A stretch of DNA of 45,057 nt from NCBI GenBank assembly GCA_050230475.1, contig JBFLGF010000179.1, positions 1 through 45,057 of the forward strand. Reading direction: 5' to 3'. The notes beneath the pieces are model-generated. The model searched no databases. It was not told the DNA's origin and worked only from the letters and a program-made list of their open reading frames with translations. Every line of letters starts with the position of its first letter. Positions within the stretch are counted from its first letter, which is position 1. This DNA is from Ancylonema sp. (taxonomy: Eukaryota). The translations under genes and the position numbers were made by a program. Positions 24,401-37,600 of this stretch are shown here, piece after piece.

Positions 24401-26177
24401 GCCCGCCTCCTCAAAACACCTCACCATGTGGAGCCCGGACACAGCACCCTGCCACATCAGCGAACGTTGGCAATCATTGCAAATCAGTGTACTGCCAGCT
24501 CAGCATTATGAGTGGGGGATGAGATTGCTGATTAGTGTATTGTCTACCGCCAGCTCAGCATAACGAGGGAGAGCAATGATTGCTTATAAGTGTACCGTCT
24601 ACTGCCAGCTCAGCTTTTGATTGCTGCAATGATTGCTGATTGGTGGGGGTAAATTTGAGCAGGTGTCGGGGAGGAGGTTGAGAATGATGTGCCTCGAGCT
24701 TTGCTTTCCTCCTGCATGAAGATTGTGAGGGATGGAGGGAGAGGTGATGATGTGTACCTGAGTGGGAGGCTTGAGGACGACAGCATTGCCGGCAATGAGG
24801 GCAGGAGCCAGCTTAGAGACGGCGAGGTTGACAGGGTAGTTGAATGGGGGAATGCAGAGGACGACTCCGAGGGGAATCTGCAAGAGCCGGTTTTGAATTT
24901 TGAAACCCGACTTTTTGAGGACGTCTTTCAGTGGGTATGAGAGAAAAAGTGTATGTGTGGATGATTGGCTTGCATTGATGTTTGGTAGATGCATTTCTAG
25001 TGCTAACTAGTGCTTCGATGTGTTGAAATCTGCAGATGTCGATTGAAGCCAAGGCACATGGCTGTCATTCATTGTTTGCATATGCCATTGACCCTTTGTT
25101 GCCAATGATCTATACCACTTATTAAAGTGCCTCAATATGCAGTCCCCCAGAGCGTTCGTTTTAAAAACAATGACAGTGCCTGCAATTCGAAGTATTCGAG
25201 TAAGTATTCGACCTGCTGAGAAAACTACGGTAGAAGTAAGCTCTCTCCCCATGTATTGTGTAAGGAATCGAAATATTGTGAGTAGAGCACCTCATATTGT
25301 CCCAAAACGACTGGTCTTACCTTGGAGGAGAAGCACAATTTGGTCCTGTCGTTTCCTGGGAAGCTGTCTGAGGTCAGGAACTTTCCTTCCGAAAGGATGC
25401 GAACGCCCTCCTCTGCGGTATATGAGATTAGATCCGCAGATCGCACAACCTGGGGGACACAGGTCACATCTCACCGTTAATCGCAGGTACCCGGACTAAA
25501 AATAATGAGACACAAACACGTCACCTCGGTTCTGCATGAGAGATATTACGACGACTTCTCGCCATGAAGGCATTGCTGTTCACTTCCTTTCTATTCTACA
25601 ACAGCAACAAGAACTCACCTCTGTCAGGGAATCCTTGGCACCCTTGGCCACCTCAGCGACTAGGCAGTCTGCCATAGGCTCCTTGTTTGTCCTCAAGAAT
25701 CCAGCTGCCTTGTGGAGGAGCTCCGCTCGTTTCCACAGAGGTGTCTTCGCCCATAGCTTCTGGGCAGCCTTGGCACTATCGAAGATTTTGTTCACTTCGT
25801 CCTGCGTACATGCTGCACAAACATCGCGTCCAAAATCAATCAAAATACACTCACACAATCTACGGCGATGTCCCTCCGCACATGGACACTCAATATGTTA
25901 CAATGTAGTGGCGACAAATGCAATGCTTCTGTAAATGGTGATTAGTTTTTGTAGCCAGTAATCATGTCCGGCATACCGTTCCTTCCAAACATAAAGAAAG
26001 CCTCCAATGTGTCCAGATTGCAGTGGATCCTGTACCTTGGACTTTGTAGGCTACTTCTCTCGTAGTGGGATCGATGATCGAGACAGTCTTTCCAGACGTG
26101 GATTCCTTCCACTCCCCATCGGCATAATATTTGTAGACTCCTGACGCAGTCTTGATCGAGTCATAGAATCCGGCCAT
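21497..26177 (-). CDS. GAPN: Non-phosphorylating NADP-dependent glyceraldehyde-3-phosphate dehydrogenase (ALDH11A), 495 aa
   Basis: Ten phase-consistent exons: 26177-26036, 25812-25619, 25449-25321, 24877-24758, 24448-24312, 23975-23820, 23126-22916, 22677-22510, 22186-22070 and 21610-21497. Motifs: [27 protein letters not shown], catalytic [23 protein letters not shown] and PSYTMG*. Confidence 0.97.
24483..24640. repeat. ~55-bp minisatellite, 3 degenerate copies, in a GAPN intron
   Basis: Core TAC(T/C)GCCAGCTCAGC at ~24490, ~24545 and ~24600, each followed by a GATTGCT segment. Confidence 0.7.
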
Positions 26178-27010
26178 GACTGCGAGCTGCCTGCTCTGTT
26201 GGAATAGGCACGGATTAAACCGCAATCTCTGCAATTGATTGAAGACAGACGTCTTGCGAGATGAGCTAAATGTAGATCCCGCTCCAGCGCCTCGTAGGTC
26301 AGTGGTGTATTCCGCCGTTGCGTGTAGTAACGACCTTACTTTTCTCAGATGTAGTAGCCGAGGTGCGGGTTGTGAAAGGGCATCATCAGTGAGTGGATAC
26401 CCGACTCGCACATGATAGTCGGACACGCGGATGGAGGCTGCCAGAGCCAATCATCATGCGATATCGAGCATGTGGGTGGTCACATTCTTGGCCATAAATT
26501 TTCTGACACGTGGATGACAGAGAAACTACATGAAATGCATTCCATTGGTTGGAGATCTTGTCTTCAGTGATGACGCAAAGGAGACGTCCTTCACACGTGC
26601 AAACCTTCGGGAAGAAAGGCCACTGCCGGTGGTCACGGAGGGCAGTGTCGATTGAGAGTATGTCAGCCCTGAGATCTGCTTGTGTCGATTGAGAGTATGT
26701 CAGCCCTGAGATCTGCTTTATCAGTCTGGTGAATCAATAAGTGTCTGGAGTTCCAAATCTGTGAGGGCGGAATCTGTGGTCTCGATGTCAATTCAGGGCT
26801 GCGAGTGATGACGGCGAGCACGGTCGGATGATGAGAGGATATGGTTTCAGTTTCCGAATTTCCCAGCAGATACCTTCCTGGTTAAATGGGGGAAGGATGG
26901 CCCGCCAGTGGTTGCTAGCAAACTAGACTTTCACTTGCGCGGACTTGATAATCATCGTCAGTTCGCAGTCTATCAAAGAAAGTGAACAATCAGTCATGTG
27001 TACAGAAAAT
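26178..27010. promoter_or_regulatory. Divergent intergenic/promoter region between GAPN and the Frizzled-CRD gene
   Basis: Head-to-head gene orientation. G-box CACGTG at ~26506 and ~26594, TGACG at ~26571, and a perfect 37-bp tandem duplication at 26645-26718. Confidence 0.5.
26645..26718 (+). repeat. Perfect 37-bp tandem duplication
   Basis: GTGTCGATTGAGAGTATGTCAGCCCTGAGATCTGCTT occurs at 26645-26681 and again at 26682-26718. Confidence 0.95.
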
Positions 27011-29222
27011 ATGAATGATTACAATATTACCAAATTTTTGGTTGCCTTTTTCATATTTAATGGTGTTGGGGGTGTCCTCGGGAAAGATCAGTTCGGTATG
27101 GGATCTTCGCACGCAGGATTTTCCGGTATGTTTTTGTGCAAACTTTACACCCGTGGCGAAGCAGCCAAAGAAATTACGAGAATCAACAATGTGAAACGCA
27201 GCAACATTTTCTCTTGCTAATTTTTACAGTTGTGTGAATATCATTTCTTGCAATTGCCAGTGCTGCAAACGTCGCATTTTTTGTCGTACGAGCCCACACT
27301 AGTCGACATCAGCATGCACACATTTTTTTTCAAAATCAATCTATTCACTCGAAAATGCTCGCAAATCCTACGTCTTTGCAGATTCTGGACATGCGTCCCG
27401 GGGTTGGCAAGACCAGTTCGTGGCAGCCGCACAAATGCCCGAGCAGTCTCAAAAGGCGCTTCTTGGACTCATGGGAGCAGGACTGGTTGCTTCCGGCCAA
27501 CTTCCTTGCAATTTGTTCGGCGGAAGGGACGCATGCATACCACTTCCGTCCGATTCCACCTACTCCCTTACATGCAGTTCCGGAGCAAATACAGTCGTGG
27601 ACTGCGCATTCAATGCCGAAGTGAAGGAAGCCATGGCTAGGGATCCTTCAACCGAACTGACCAAGGAAGTCGCAAAAGAAGGTGCACCACATCATCTCCT
27701 CTCAAAAGGACTGTCTGGGTAGACGCACATAAAATATTGATCGAGAATATAGAGAAGACGTTCAAGAAGCAAGCAAGCAAGACCGGCCTTTTTATTCTGA
27801 CTAGGATTGAATACAATCATAACACAAAATCCATCGTATAATTCAGTGAGTTCTGCAAAATTCACACCATCTCCCGAATTTCCCACCGTTCTCAACATTC
27901 CTGCATTACCCCAGACTCTCAAATCCCATCACCATTACATCACCATCAGTCGTACTGGTCCCACCCCACTCCCAAACCACATTTGCACCATCTCTTGAAA
28001 GTCATCCTCCTCCTCTTCCAAACACACTTCCTTCCTCTTACCTCTCAAAATTTCTTCCATGGTAGCGTTTGATCCCTAGTGGTGACTCACACACATAGTC
28101 AAGATCCTTATTAAGATTACAGTTACGATCACGGTTACAATTCTGGTGTCGATCCCAGTCACCATCCTGGTCATGACCCCAGTTCCTGCCACGGTTACGA
28201 TTCCGGTTACGGTTTGTCATGGATACAGGTTACATTCCCTGTGACAGCTGTGTGGATGCCCTCCATGCTTTCTGGTGCGGTCAGACTGTGCCAACTTGCG
28301 GAACATTTGGGGAAGTGGTGGATGAGATCCTGGTATGCACAACAACTAACTTGGACTCTCCCATCTAGATTATCTCCTTGTCTATTTTGCACCTCGTTTG
28401 TTCCAATCAGGAGGGAGCAGAAAGTCCAGGTGATCCAATAAAAAAAATGGAAAAAATCTCCCATCTTATGACCTCGTAGCATTCACAAACAATAAGCAGA
28501 CAGTGTTGCATGAATCACTCCACGACAAATATAAAGTACAGAAAGTCAGCCTCCCCATCACACCCCACCCTCACTGCGCCTCCTCTCTTTCTCCCTCCCT
28601 CCCTTCCTTCCCTCCAATCCAGCCAGTGATCCGCCAGGTGGCAAGTGGCAGTGCCCCCCCCTTGTCTGCCCTCCAAACAGCATTGCCACGCATGCTCCAG
28701 GCACTCAGTCTCGGCCTGCCTTGTCGAGAAATGTGTGAAGCCATCTCAGCCTCATGCAACTGCGGCCGCGTCACCACATTTGGACAGGTGGACAACTAAC
28801 TTTCTCCCTTTCATTTTTTGTCTCTCTATCTCTGTCTCTTTTTTTCTCTGTCTCTCTATTTTCTTCTCTCCCTATCTCTCGCTATCTTTCTCTCCTCCTC
28901 TGTCTCTTTTCTTCTCCGTCTCTCTATCTCCCTATCTCTCGCTTTCTTTCTATCTTTCTATCTTTCTAACTCTCTTTCTCTCTATCACTCTACATCTCTC
29001 TACATCTCTCTATCTCTCTATCTCTCTATCTCTCTATTTCTCTATCTCTCTATCTCTCTACCTCTCTAATTCTCTATCTATCTATCTCTCCATCTCTCTC
29101 TTCCTTTTCTGTCTCTCTATCTCTCCTCTCTTCTTTCCTGTATCGTCTCCTCTCTTTTCAGTTCTATTTCCGAGTCCTGGGTGGAGGATCGAGTCTTGTA
29201 GGTCTTTAGAGTTATTTGGATC

Positions 29223-29253
<31 letters not shown>

Positions 29254-30363
29254 CCACTTTATGTGTTCCTGTTTGTTCTTTTGCCTTTTTGGTTTCTCTG
29301 TTTCACTAGCAACCCCTTAACAACCACAACCACCGAAATCGCAAACACGACACAAGAGCGACACCAACACCTTCTTTCCTTTCCCCACAGGTAATGAAGG
29401 CCTTAGAATCCAAAAGAAAAGGCACCCACACCCCCCGCCTCACAAACCTATCATCCACAACAGCTCACACCCTCTTCACCAATGTGTGGGCGACACCTGT
29501 ATGCGACCTATTCTCCCCCCGTACCATGCCAGGATTCGTGGGGGTATGCCACATACCCCCCTCTTTAAAATCCTGCGATTGGTGTGGGAGTGGGAGGAAG
29601 AGGCCGATTAATTTGGAGTCGCAGATTGTGGCCCAGTTGGTGGAGGCGGTGGGTGGGATGATGCAGGTGGGCACAGGGTGGGATGGGTAGGGGCAGGTGT
29701 GAGGTGTGAAGATAGTGCTGTGAGGATTAGCACATGGAATTGTTTATGTATGCTCTTATGCAGACATCCTCATGTATGTGCAAGCAATTGTATCTTAGTA
29801 ATTGTGGCATACACGTGAACACCTATCTGCGAAATTAAGCATGCAAAGGGATATTTACCCGGTTTTTCTCTAAGATATATAACAATGTTTGTGACCTCTT
29901 GTGAATTTTCCATCGAATTCACAATTATTGCGCGCTTGTCGTCCACCTTTAATCATATTCCACCCCTCATGCCTGCCATTGTCCCAACCTTCATTCCATA
30001 CAGGCTGGTGTGGAGAAGATACTGAGTCTAGCTAGCAGTGGGAGAGAACAAGGGCAACACCAACAACATCAAGACCAACAACAACAACAACAACAACAAC
30101 AACATCAAGACCAACAACAAGAACAACAACAAGCAAAAAAATGGATGTGGGGAGAGGAGGCCTCAGCCCCCCCTCTTCCCAAAAAAAGTGGAGGTGGCGG
30201 TATGGGATGGTGGTGGCTCGTCTCGATATTTGTTGTGCTCGTTCTGGGGGGTGTGGTGGGAGGAGGGTGGTATTATAAAACCCAAAGGCAAGCCCCGTGG
30301 CAATACATGGACATGAATGCGATATTGTATACGCCACCTGCGAACGATAGGGGGGATTCGTGA
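27011..30363 (+). CDS. Single-pass type I membrane protein with a Frizzled-like cysteine-rich domain, ~429 aa
   Basis: Phase-consistent exons 27011-27095, 27382-27681, 28229-28332, 28623-28787, 29391-29666 and 30004-30363. Signal-peptide-like MNDYNITKFLVAFFIFNGVGGVLG. Cys pattern: ACIPLP..LTC...CDSCVDALHAFWCGQTVPTC...LPCREMCEAISASCNC...VWATPVCDLFSP..VC. Then a polyQ linker, TM WWWLVSIFVVLVLGGVVGGGWYY and a short tail. Confidence 0.8.
28800..29160 (+). repeat. CT/TCTA-rich low-complexity intron tract
   Basis: Read directly from the sequence. It explains the L/S/F-rich ORFs 28645-29394. A similar tract lies at 43360-43560. Confidence 0.9.
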
Positions 30364-31238
30364 AATGTTTGACTGAAAATAAGGGTCGATTCTATTGATC
30401 CTAACTTTGGGTGTGTTGGAGAGGAAAGCACTTGAGAGTGTAGACATTGGAGAGGTGTCCGGTCTCCACTTTATGGCGGTGGTTCCGTGTGTTTAAATGC
30501 ATGATTTGTAGATCTTGGGGTGTCTAGGTTTAATTTGTTGTCGGCATTTTATTGTGACGTATTGCGAGGATGATGGGAAAAGGAACACCTCGTTAGAAGT
30601 ACTAGTGCAGCAATAGCTTTAGAGCCTTTCAATTAAATTGCAATTTGTTAGGTAGTTTGAAGGTATGTGCCTACACACGGCTGAAAACTTAGACAAGTCG
30701 CTTCTAAGTATCTTGTTTGAATGTTGTAGAGCCTTAATATCGTTATGAATCGAATCAAGCGTATGTTTTGTATTAATTGTATCACATTTGTAAGGAAATG
30801 TAGACGCGACTCGGTTTTTCCATTTCAAACGACTCAAAACCGATCGCATATCTCTGTGAGTGTGAATATGAAAAGCCGAGCATATTACACACATGTGTAG
30901 AGGCGTGAAATTTGCAATCAAGATTTGGAGACATCATTGAGCCCGCAGGTGTTGGTCCCATTTCGTGAAAGACCATTCGTTGTGTCTCCACTATGGAATG
31001 ACAGTTATTTCCCAACAAGACAGTTCGGAATGTTGTGGATCTATTGCGAATAATAAAAATATGTATAACACTTGTCTCAATCGCCGTGAAAAACACATGA
31101 CACTGGCACTAGAACAAATCGACTTGACACAGACAAGAAATGTCATGATTTCTACCAAAATTATTGGTATAAGTAATCGGAGCATTGCCAATGTCCACAT
31201 GCAATGTTTGCACCGAACAATATCATACAAGCCAAGCA

Positions 31239-33979
31239 TCAACGCATTGTCCTCGGGAATTGTGCCAAATTCACTCGAATTCTGTTGCCATCTAAGATAG
31301 AACTGTCTCTGTCTTTTAGAGCTTCCATAGCTGATTCCTGTAACAAACAAAGCCACAAACCATACGTGTGAATTGTATGTAGAAACTTAAAATGAGGATT
31401 ATGTACATGATCTATGAAATTTGATAGTCCACCCAAATACCATACACAAGACACATTCTACATACGAAATGGACCACATGGAAAGGTATGACAGTGTTTG
31501 CAACAACACATCAATAATACAACAAGTGTGGTGAGAAACTAGCATACCAAAACCTAGCATACACACAATTGTGTATGTATTGTTTTGTACATCACACAAG
31601 AGGATGCAAGCAGATTCAATCGGTGACGCTGACCTCATCATGCATTGTCACAAACCCAAACCCGAGAGACATTTTCGACTCGTTTGTGCATACCACCTGC
31701 AACCCAACAACACATGCTGACATCGTCAAACCATCGTGGTGACATCACCTTCGAGTACAACAACAATTCCTTGACCCCCATCCCCACCCGCCTGAGCACA
31801 ATGGCAACGAATAAAATAGTTGCCTCATCTCCAACCCCTCCTCCCCAACCCCACCATCCCATTCCATCCTCTACCTATCTAGTTACCTTAGCATCAACCA
31901 CTTTGCCATATGCGGTAAAAACGTCCTTCAGCGTCCGAACATCCGTGTTTGGATTCAATCTCCCCACGTATAACTTGCAATGTTGTCTTCCGCCCGCATC
32001 TAAACTTCCCAGAGGCACATCATCGCCTCCACCGAACGTCGACTTTTGAGTTGACTTCGACTTTGCGTGAATAGAGAGAGGTAGTGAGGAAGAGAAGGAG
32101 GTGGTCGAGGAGGAGGGGGAGGAGGAGGAGGAGGAGGAGGGTAGGTCATCGAGGTAGGTGTATGGATTTTTCTTAATGCCCGGAGTGACCTGGATGAAAA
32201 ATCACGAAAGTGTCAATTTTTTGGTACTTTTGTTGTTTGGGGTTTTTTCTGTTGGTTTTTTTGTAAAACGACTAGGGATGAGAGTTAGGGTTCCAAGGTT
32301 TCGGATTAAAGGTTTAGGGTTAATTTGGGGTGGCGGTGAACACCTGCAGAATGCACCCGAGGAAGGGGCGGCGGTGCAACACTTCCATGGCCTTCACAGC
32401 TTGAGATTGCGAACCCATGCGGATGAAACCAAAACCACGATGCTTGCCACGAATCTGTTCAAACGTGCAACAAGATACAAATTAATGACGATATAAGTCA
32501 TCATCATTGGCAGACTATTATGTTGAGGTCGTGGGCTTTGGGCTCTACTTTACAGACTTCATTACCAAGTTCGATGCATTTTGGGGGAGAAAGGGAGGAT
32601 TGTTTAATGTGGGGCAATCATGGAAAGAGAAAATGGTGTATGTGCTACTACTGTGCCTCTACAATGACCTGTGTGCGAGTCATCACGAAACATAGCCTTA
32701 CGTAACATACATGATCATGTGATCTTCATTTGGCATCTCAAACTCCCTCTCCAGAATTACACACAAGTCACATCACTGCCTATATCTCCTCAGCATGTTC
32801 GTTATAGCCTGGCCAATGGGGGGGCGAGCTCACATGTGCGGCCCCACTCTGTTTCCGATACGTGGCCATGTCCACATCCTCCACCTTACCAAACTGCCCA
32901 AACAGTTCGCTCAGTTCTGCGCTCGGGAGAGGAGAATCGAAATCAGTACACAGCAAAACCACCCAGCCGACACCATCCCTTATGGTAGCCCCAGGAATGC
33001 TGGGTGTCCGAAATTGGTACATCTCAATACACACACAACAAGTTTAGCTGAGCCATATGGGCAAAGTCAGGGGGGGTCGCAACTACCCTTCCCTATCCCT
33101 ACCTTCAACAAGCTGAGCTGAAGGGATGCTAAATGGTAGATTGCCCACAAACAGGCGCTGGGCGTCCATCGTTTTTTCGTCACTCTGACCCCAAATGCGC
33201 CCGCTGTCACTCTCTGACGAAACTCTGGAAGCTTCTTCGAAATTGCCCGACTCATCCTCCCTAGCCTCCCATCCCAAAGGAGACTCCTCTGCAGCCCCTG
33301 CGCCTGCATTCCCATCCGCCTGCCCATCCCATCCCCTGGCGCCTTCTCCCTCCCGAACTTCGGATTCTACATCTGAAGCATCTACTGCAGGAGAAGGTGC
33401 GATTCGATGAGAAACTGTCGTATCCGATTCGGAGGTCCGTTCTTCGTCGGACAAAAACTGCAGGAGCGCCGACAGAGCCTTCTCTCCCTTTTCCCTGCTA
33501 CCCTCCTGCGATCTGGAGTCGGCAGCGCTCTGGACCCTGTATCTGGAACTCGGATCCTTCTTTGAATCTGCACCGTTGGATATTGGCACCACAGCCACCA
33601 GCTCGCCCAAGGCATCAAGATTGAGGGCCGGGAATTCAGACGAGTCCCTGCGATCGTCATCGGATTCGTCATTCACTTCCGGCGCACCAACATGACCGCC
33701 ACTCGCACGTGCGGGATGGGATGAAGTGTAGGTGGACTGGTGTCGCGGATGAGTATACTCTACATGGTGAGGGTGCCAGCCTTGGCGACGAGGTGTAGGT
33801 GCGTGACGGTTCGAAATGGCACGAGGCTCTGATCCATTGCAAAGTCCTACTGTCTTTCCTTTGTGTCGAGAGTAGTACGTCGGCGTTGCGAGGGTAGATT
33901 CCAGATGACTGCTCGAATTCGAAGGCGAAGACGGACCATTTACGCATGTGCGAGCAATCGCATTGCTCAAAGTTGCCAT
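31239..33979 (-). CDS. Two-RRM RNA-binding protein, probably plastid-targeted (cpRNP-like architecture)
   Basis: Exons 33979-33103, 32916-32834, 32454-32344, 32189-31887, 31696-31634 and 31337-31239. S/T-rich MATLSNAIART transit-like N-terminus and an acidic region. RRM1: RLFVGNLPFS...ELFGQFGKV...RGFGFI. RRM2: KLYVGRLNP...VFTAYGKVVDAK...LGFGFVT...LDGNRIRVNLA. Alternative start at 34027. Confidence 0.82.
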
Positions 33980-34622
33980 GCTGTCAGAAGTGCGTGATGT
34001 GAGCGGGTGATGGGAGGCTAGGGTCATGGGGTGTTAGGCACTTTGTGTGGTTCCCACGCCACACGTCAGAAGGTGCGGATTAAGCGGCGCGATTTACGGC
34101 TCGTGAACTTCACGACCGGCGAAACGTAGTTCTAAATTGGCGCTTTTGTTTGGTGGGGAAAAGAAGCGGCGCAATGTCGAGTGTGCATCCAAAACGTTGT
34201 GTGGCTCAAGTTGTGCCGCCAGCATCCAATTCACAAACAATAGCGCCAGAAAGAATGTCTCCTTTCATCCAATATAACACCGGTAGAAGCGCCAACTTGT
34301 TGGTCACAGGAGGGTGGAATCGCTGCCTTCTCCTAAAAATATTTCGTAGTTGCTGTAACGTGCTACCTCTAGATCACACGTGCATTCGCCAAACATTTCA
34401 TGTAGCGTACTCCAATAGTCGTAGGGGTTCCGCCATCCCTCCACCCCTCCTCACGTCTCCCCACAGATGTCTGCGCCATTGGCGCCACGTGCCAGGGTGT
34501 CATAGACCGCTTCTGCAGAATCCAGTCCGTGGCCCGCACGCACATGCAAAACATAATGATGATACATTCCACAATTCCTCGAAGACTACGAGTAACATCC
34601 AAGTAACTTTTAGCATACCAAA

Positions 34623-37600
34623 ATGCCACCCCGCCCAGGCCCGCGCCGGTTGAGACCGTCGTCAAAATTGAAAGGCCCTCCGCAGAAAGATCTGAACACG
34701 GGAGAGGTGAAGCAATGGCCAGTCTTTGGCGTGGCGTTCAACCACCTTGATCCCTCGTGCGACAATATGTTTGCAGCTGTGTCTGGCAGAAAGGTGAATG
34801 ATTCTGTTTCGGACTCCAGAACTCGATGAGCTGATTTCAGACGGGGCTCGCATGGCCTGCTGGTGGGATGTAGTGTGGGAAAATTCCGAATGGCACACGA
34901 TTCGCACGTGCCAGAAATTCGACTCGACCTTATTTTTATATCTTTATTTTTTTTAATTTTATTTTTAAAATCTCAAAAGTGTACAAATTTTACCCTGACT
35001 TGTATCTGCATCTGAGTTCAATCAAGGGTGTCGACGCACACATTGGAGTGTTTATTTTTAGGGCTTTATTTTCCCACTGCCTGTCCTAAGATGGATGGAG
35101 AGAGCTGTCTCCTGACCTTGCTGACGTGGCATCTTGTTATTGGTTTCAGGTATTATTTTGTCGTTGCGACCCTGACGATCCGCCAGCTCAGATCACGAAA
35201 GTGATTCTCGTCTTTGAGGAGCCTCATGTATTCTCCCTCACACTTGCTGTGCATGATTCTCACCACATGGGTAGCATATAAGGGTTGGTGGATAACCGAG
35301 CTGCTTTAGAGATACACATTGAAGGTGTAACAATCAAATACACATGGGTATGACATACGTTTTCCAATGGTTTTAAATTCATTTTCTGCTTTTGTATGAT
35401 TTAGGGTTTCATTGAGGAGCTCTGTGTTTCTGACCTGTCCAGCATTCCTGATTCAGCTATAACTATAAAGGTACCTCATGTAGAATTGCAGACAGAATGA
35501 TATGGAGATTGCTGGCTTGAATCTACTTTCATACATGCATGTACATGTATAGATTCCATACATACATGTATTTGTCCACGTATACACACGTCTATATATA
35601 CATACATATTTAATATATGTACAAGCATATGTATACGTACTTAAAAATGTATACATGTATCTATGTTTCTAAGCATATGTACATGTGTATGTATATGTAT
35701 TTTCATATGTATATGTATATGTGTATGCACATATAGTTATACATAAGCATACTCATCATAATTTTCTTTCGATACGACATGGAGTGACATTGACTTGACT
35801 TTAAATATTTTGCCCTATCAGAGAGCAGAGGAGCTGTTGACTGTGTGCTTCCTGCGTGCCACGTCATCAGGCCAGCTACTGGTCGCGGCTGGGGGGAGGG
35901 GGAGGAGAATTCGAATTCTGGACTGCACCACTGCCGCCCCTTTTACGGTACGCAGATTTTGCGTTTTTAGGGTTTTAATGGTTTTTCCAGTGGAGGGTGT
36001 CGGGTGGATGTTATTGCACATTTTTTTGTTTGAAAATGTCTTCAAATATGTCTTGTCTTTGAAAATGTTTTTTAAAAATGTCGCTGGTTTGCTGTATTTG
36101 CCCATTCCGGCTTCTCACACACCAATCATTTCTGGAAACCCTAAATCCTCAAACGCTCTGACCTCCTCATCCGCCACCAATACCTATACACCGAATAAAA
36201 TCCACCCTTTACTCCACAATGTCGTATATCCCTCCCCTCGCAACCTCGCAAACTTCAAAAGTACAAACTCACAATCCCTTCTCACCCTGAGCATACCCCC
36301 CAATTCCTAAATCCTAAATCCTAAATCCTATATCCTAAATCCTTAATCCTAAATCCTATCACCTCATCCCTACCCACCACTCCCCCCCCCCCTTTGTTAT
36401 TATTATGTAGGGAGAGGGACGTCCTCCAGCTCTCACAGGCCATGGGGGAGCGATCCACGACCTGCGATGCTCCCCCCACGACAACGCAATCCTGCTATCT
36501 GCAAGCGAGGTATTATTAAATAAGAGGGGTCAGGGGGTTTCGTTGCTAGATTCCATGTCGGGAAGGAAAAAGGGAATAAGCAATACACTTGAGCATGAAA
36601 TTATGAAATGAGCCGAATGATTCTCACAGTCATGATCATGAACATACGATATAGCAAAATGTAAACTTTAGTAGAAACTTTTTAGAAAGTTTCGGAAAGA
36701 AGAAAGTAGAACCACTCTATGGATGAATCACGTTGTTGCTGTAATACGTCTTTTTCGAATGTTAGGTGTATTTGTGTTTGATGTTTGTTTCAGGATCAGT
36801 CTGTTCGCATATGGAATGTGGACACGGGGGTTTGTGTGGCCATACTGTGGGGGCATGGGGAGCAGGTGCTATCCGGGGTAGGTGATACCCGGGGTAGGTG
36901 TTATTTGGGGTAGGTTCCATATCGTAATCGCCGCTGTCAGGGATGTGGGATGTTGGGTCTGTTGTTCGGATTTTGAAGAGAGGAGTTAGAGAGTGATCCC
37001 CAAAAAAATCAGAGGATTTGGAGGATAAAAGTCAGGATTGGGGACTCTTCTCGATTTGGGGAGAAGACTAACAGAGACTTTCATTAATAAATTTAATGAT
37101 GAAGTGATCGGAGTATACAGTCAGAATTTTTTGACCTACGTTTCTGGCAGGAATCCTGGTTTTGGGTTCAGGATTTCCATCCCTTTGATTCCCGAATCGT
37201 GGTTTCGGGTGGGATGGACGGCCACGTCAAAGTGTGGTCGCTGGAAGGTGAGGGGCACACAGGAAGGTTCCTGGAACCTTCTTCGACAGTCGAGGTGTCA
37301 TCGATGTAAATATACCGTAGCGGCCAAGTTTAATCCTAACGCAAATAAATATTTTGGGGGGGGGGGCAAACTTAGAAATTAATTGTTTTTCCGGCAAGGG
37401 GGGCTCAAACATGGCCCAATCAAAACTCCCTTTTCCATTTCCATTGGGGGGGGGTTAAACTTGGCCGCTTCGGTGTAAGGACTTTTAGGGTTTTGGGTTC
37501 AGAGGTGGCGAGTACGATGGAGCTATCCAAGAGTTGGGGTACGAGGTATTGCGACTTCCCAACTCGGGTGGTGAGAGCATCGGTACGTTTTTCGGACGGT

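Noticed and set aside
3998..26177. Functional link between the kinase trio and neighbouring GAPN
   Set aside because: Proximity alone is not evidence of a shared pathway in a eukaryotic genome.
25962..26450. Upstream in-frame extension of GAPN (possible transit peptide)
   Set aside because: The ORF track starts at a non-ATG codon and no in-frame Met precedes 26177. ATG 26177 gives the standard ~495-aa cytosolic enzyme.
26645..26718. 37-bp repeat of CRISPR-like length
   Set aside because: There are two adjacent copies with no spacer and no cas genes, in a eukaryotic context. It is a simple tandem duplication.
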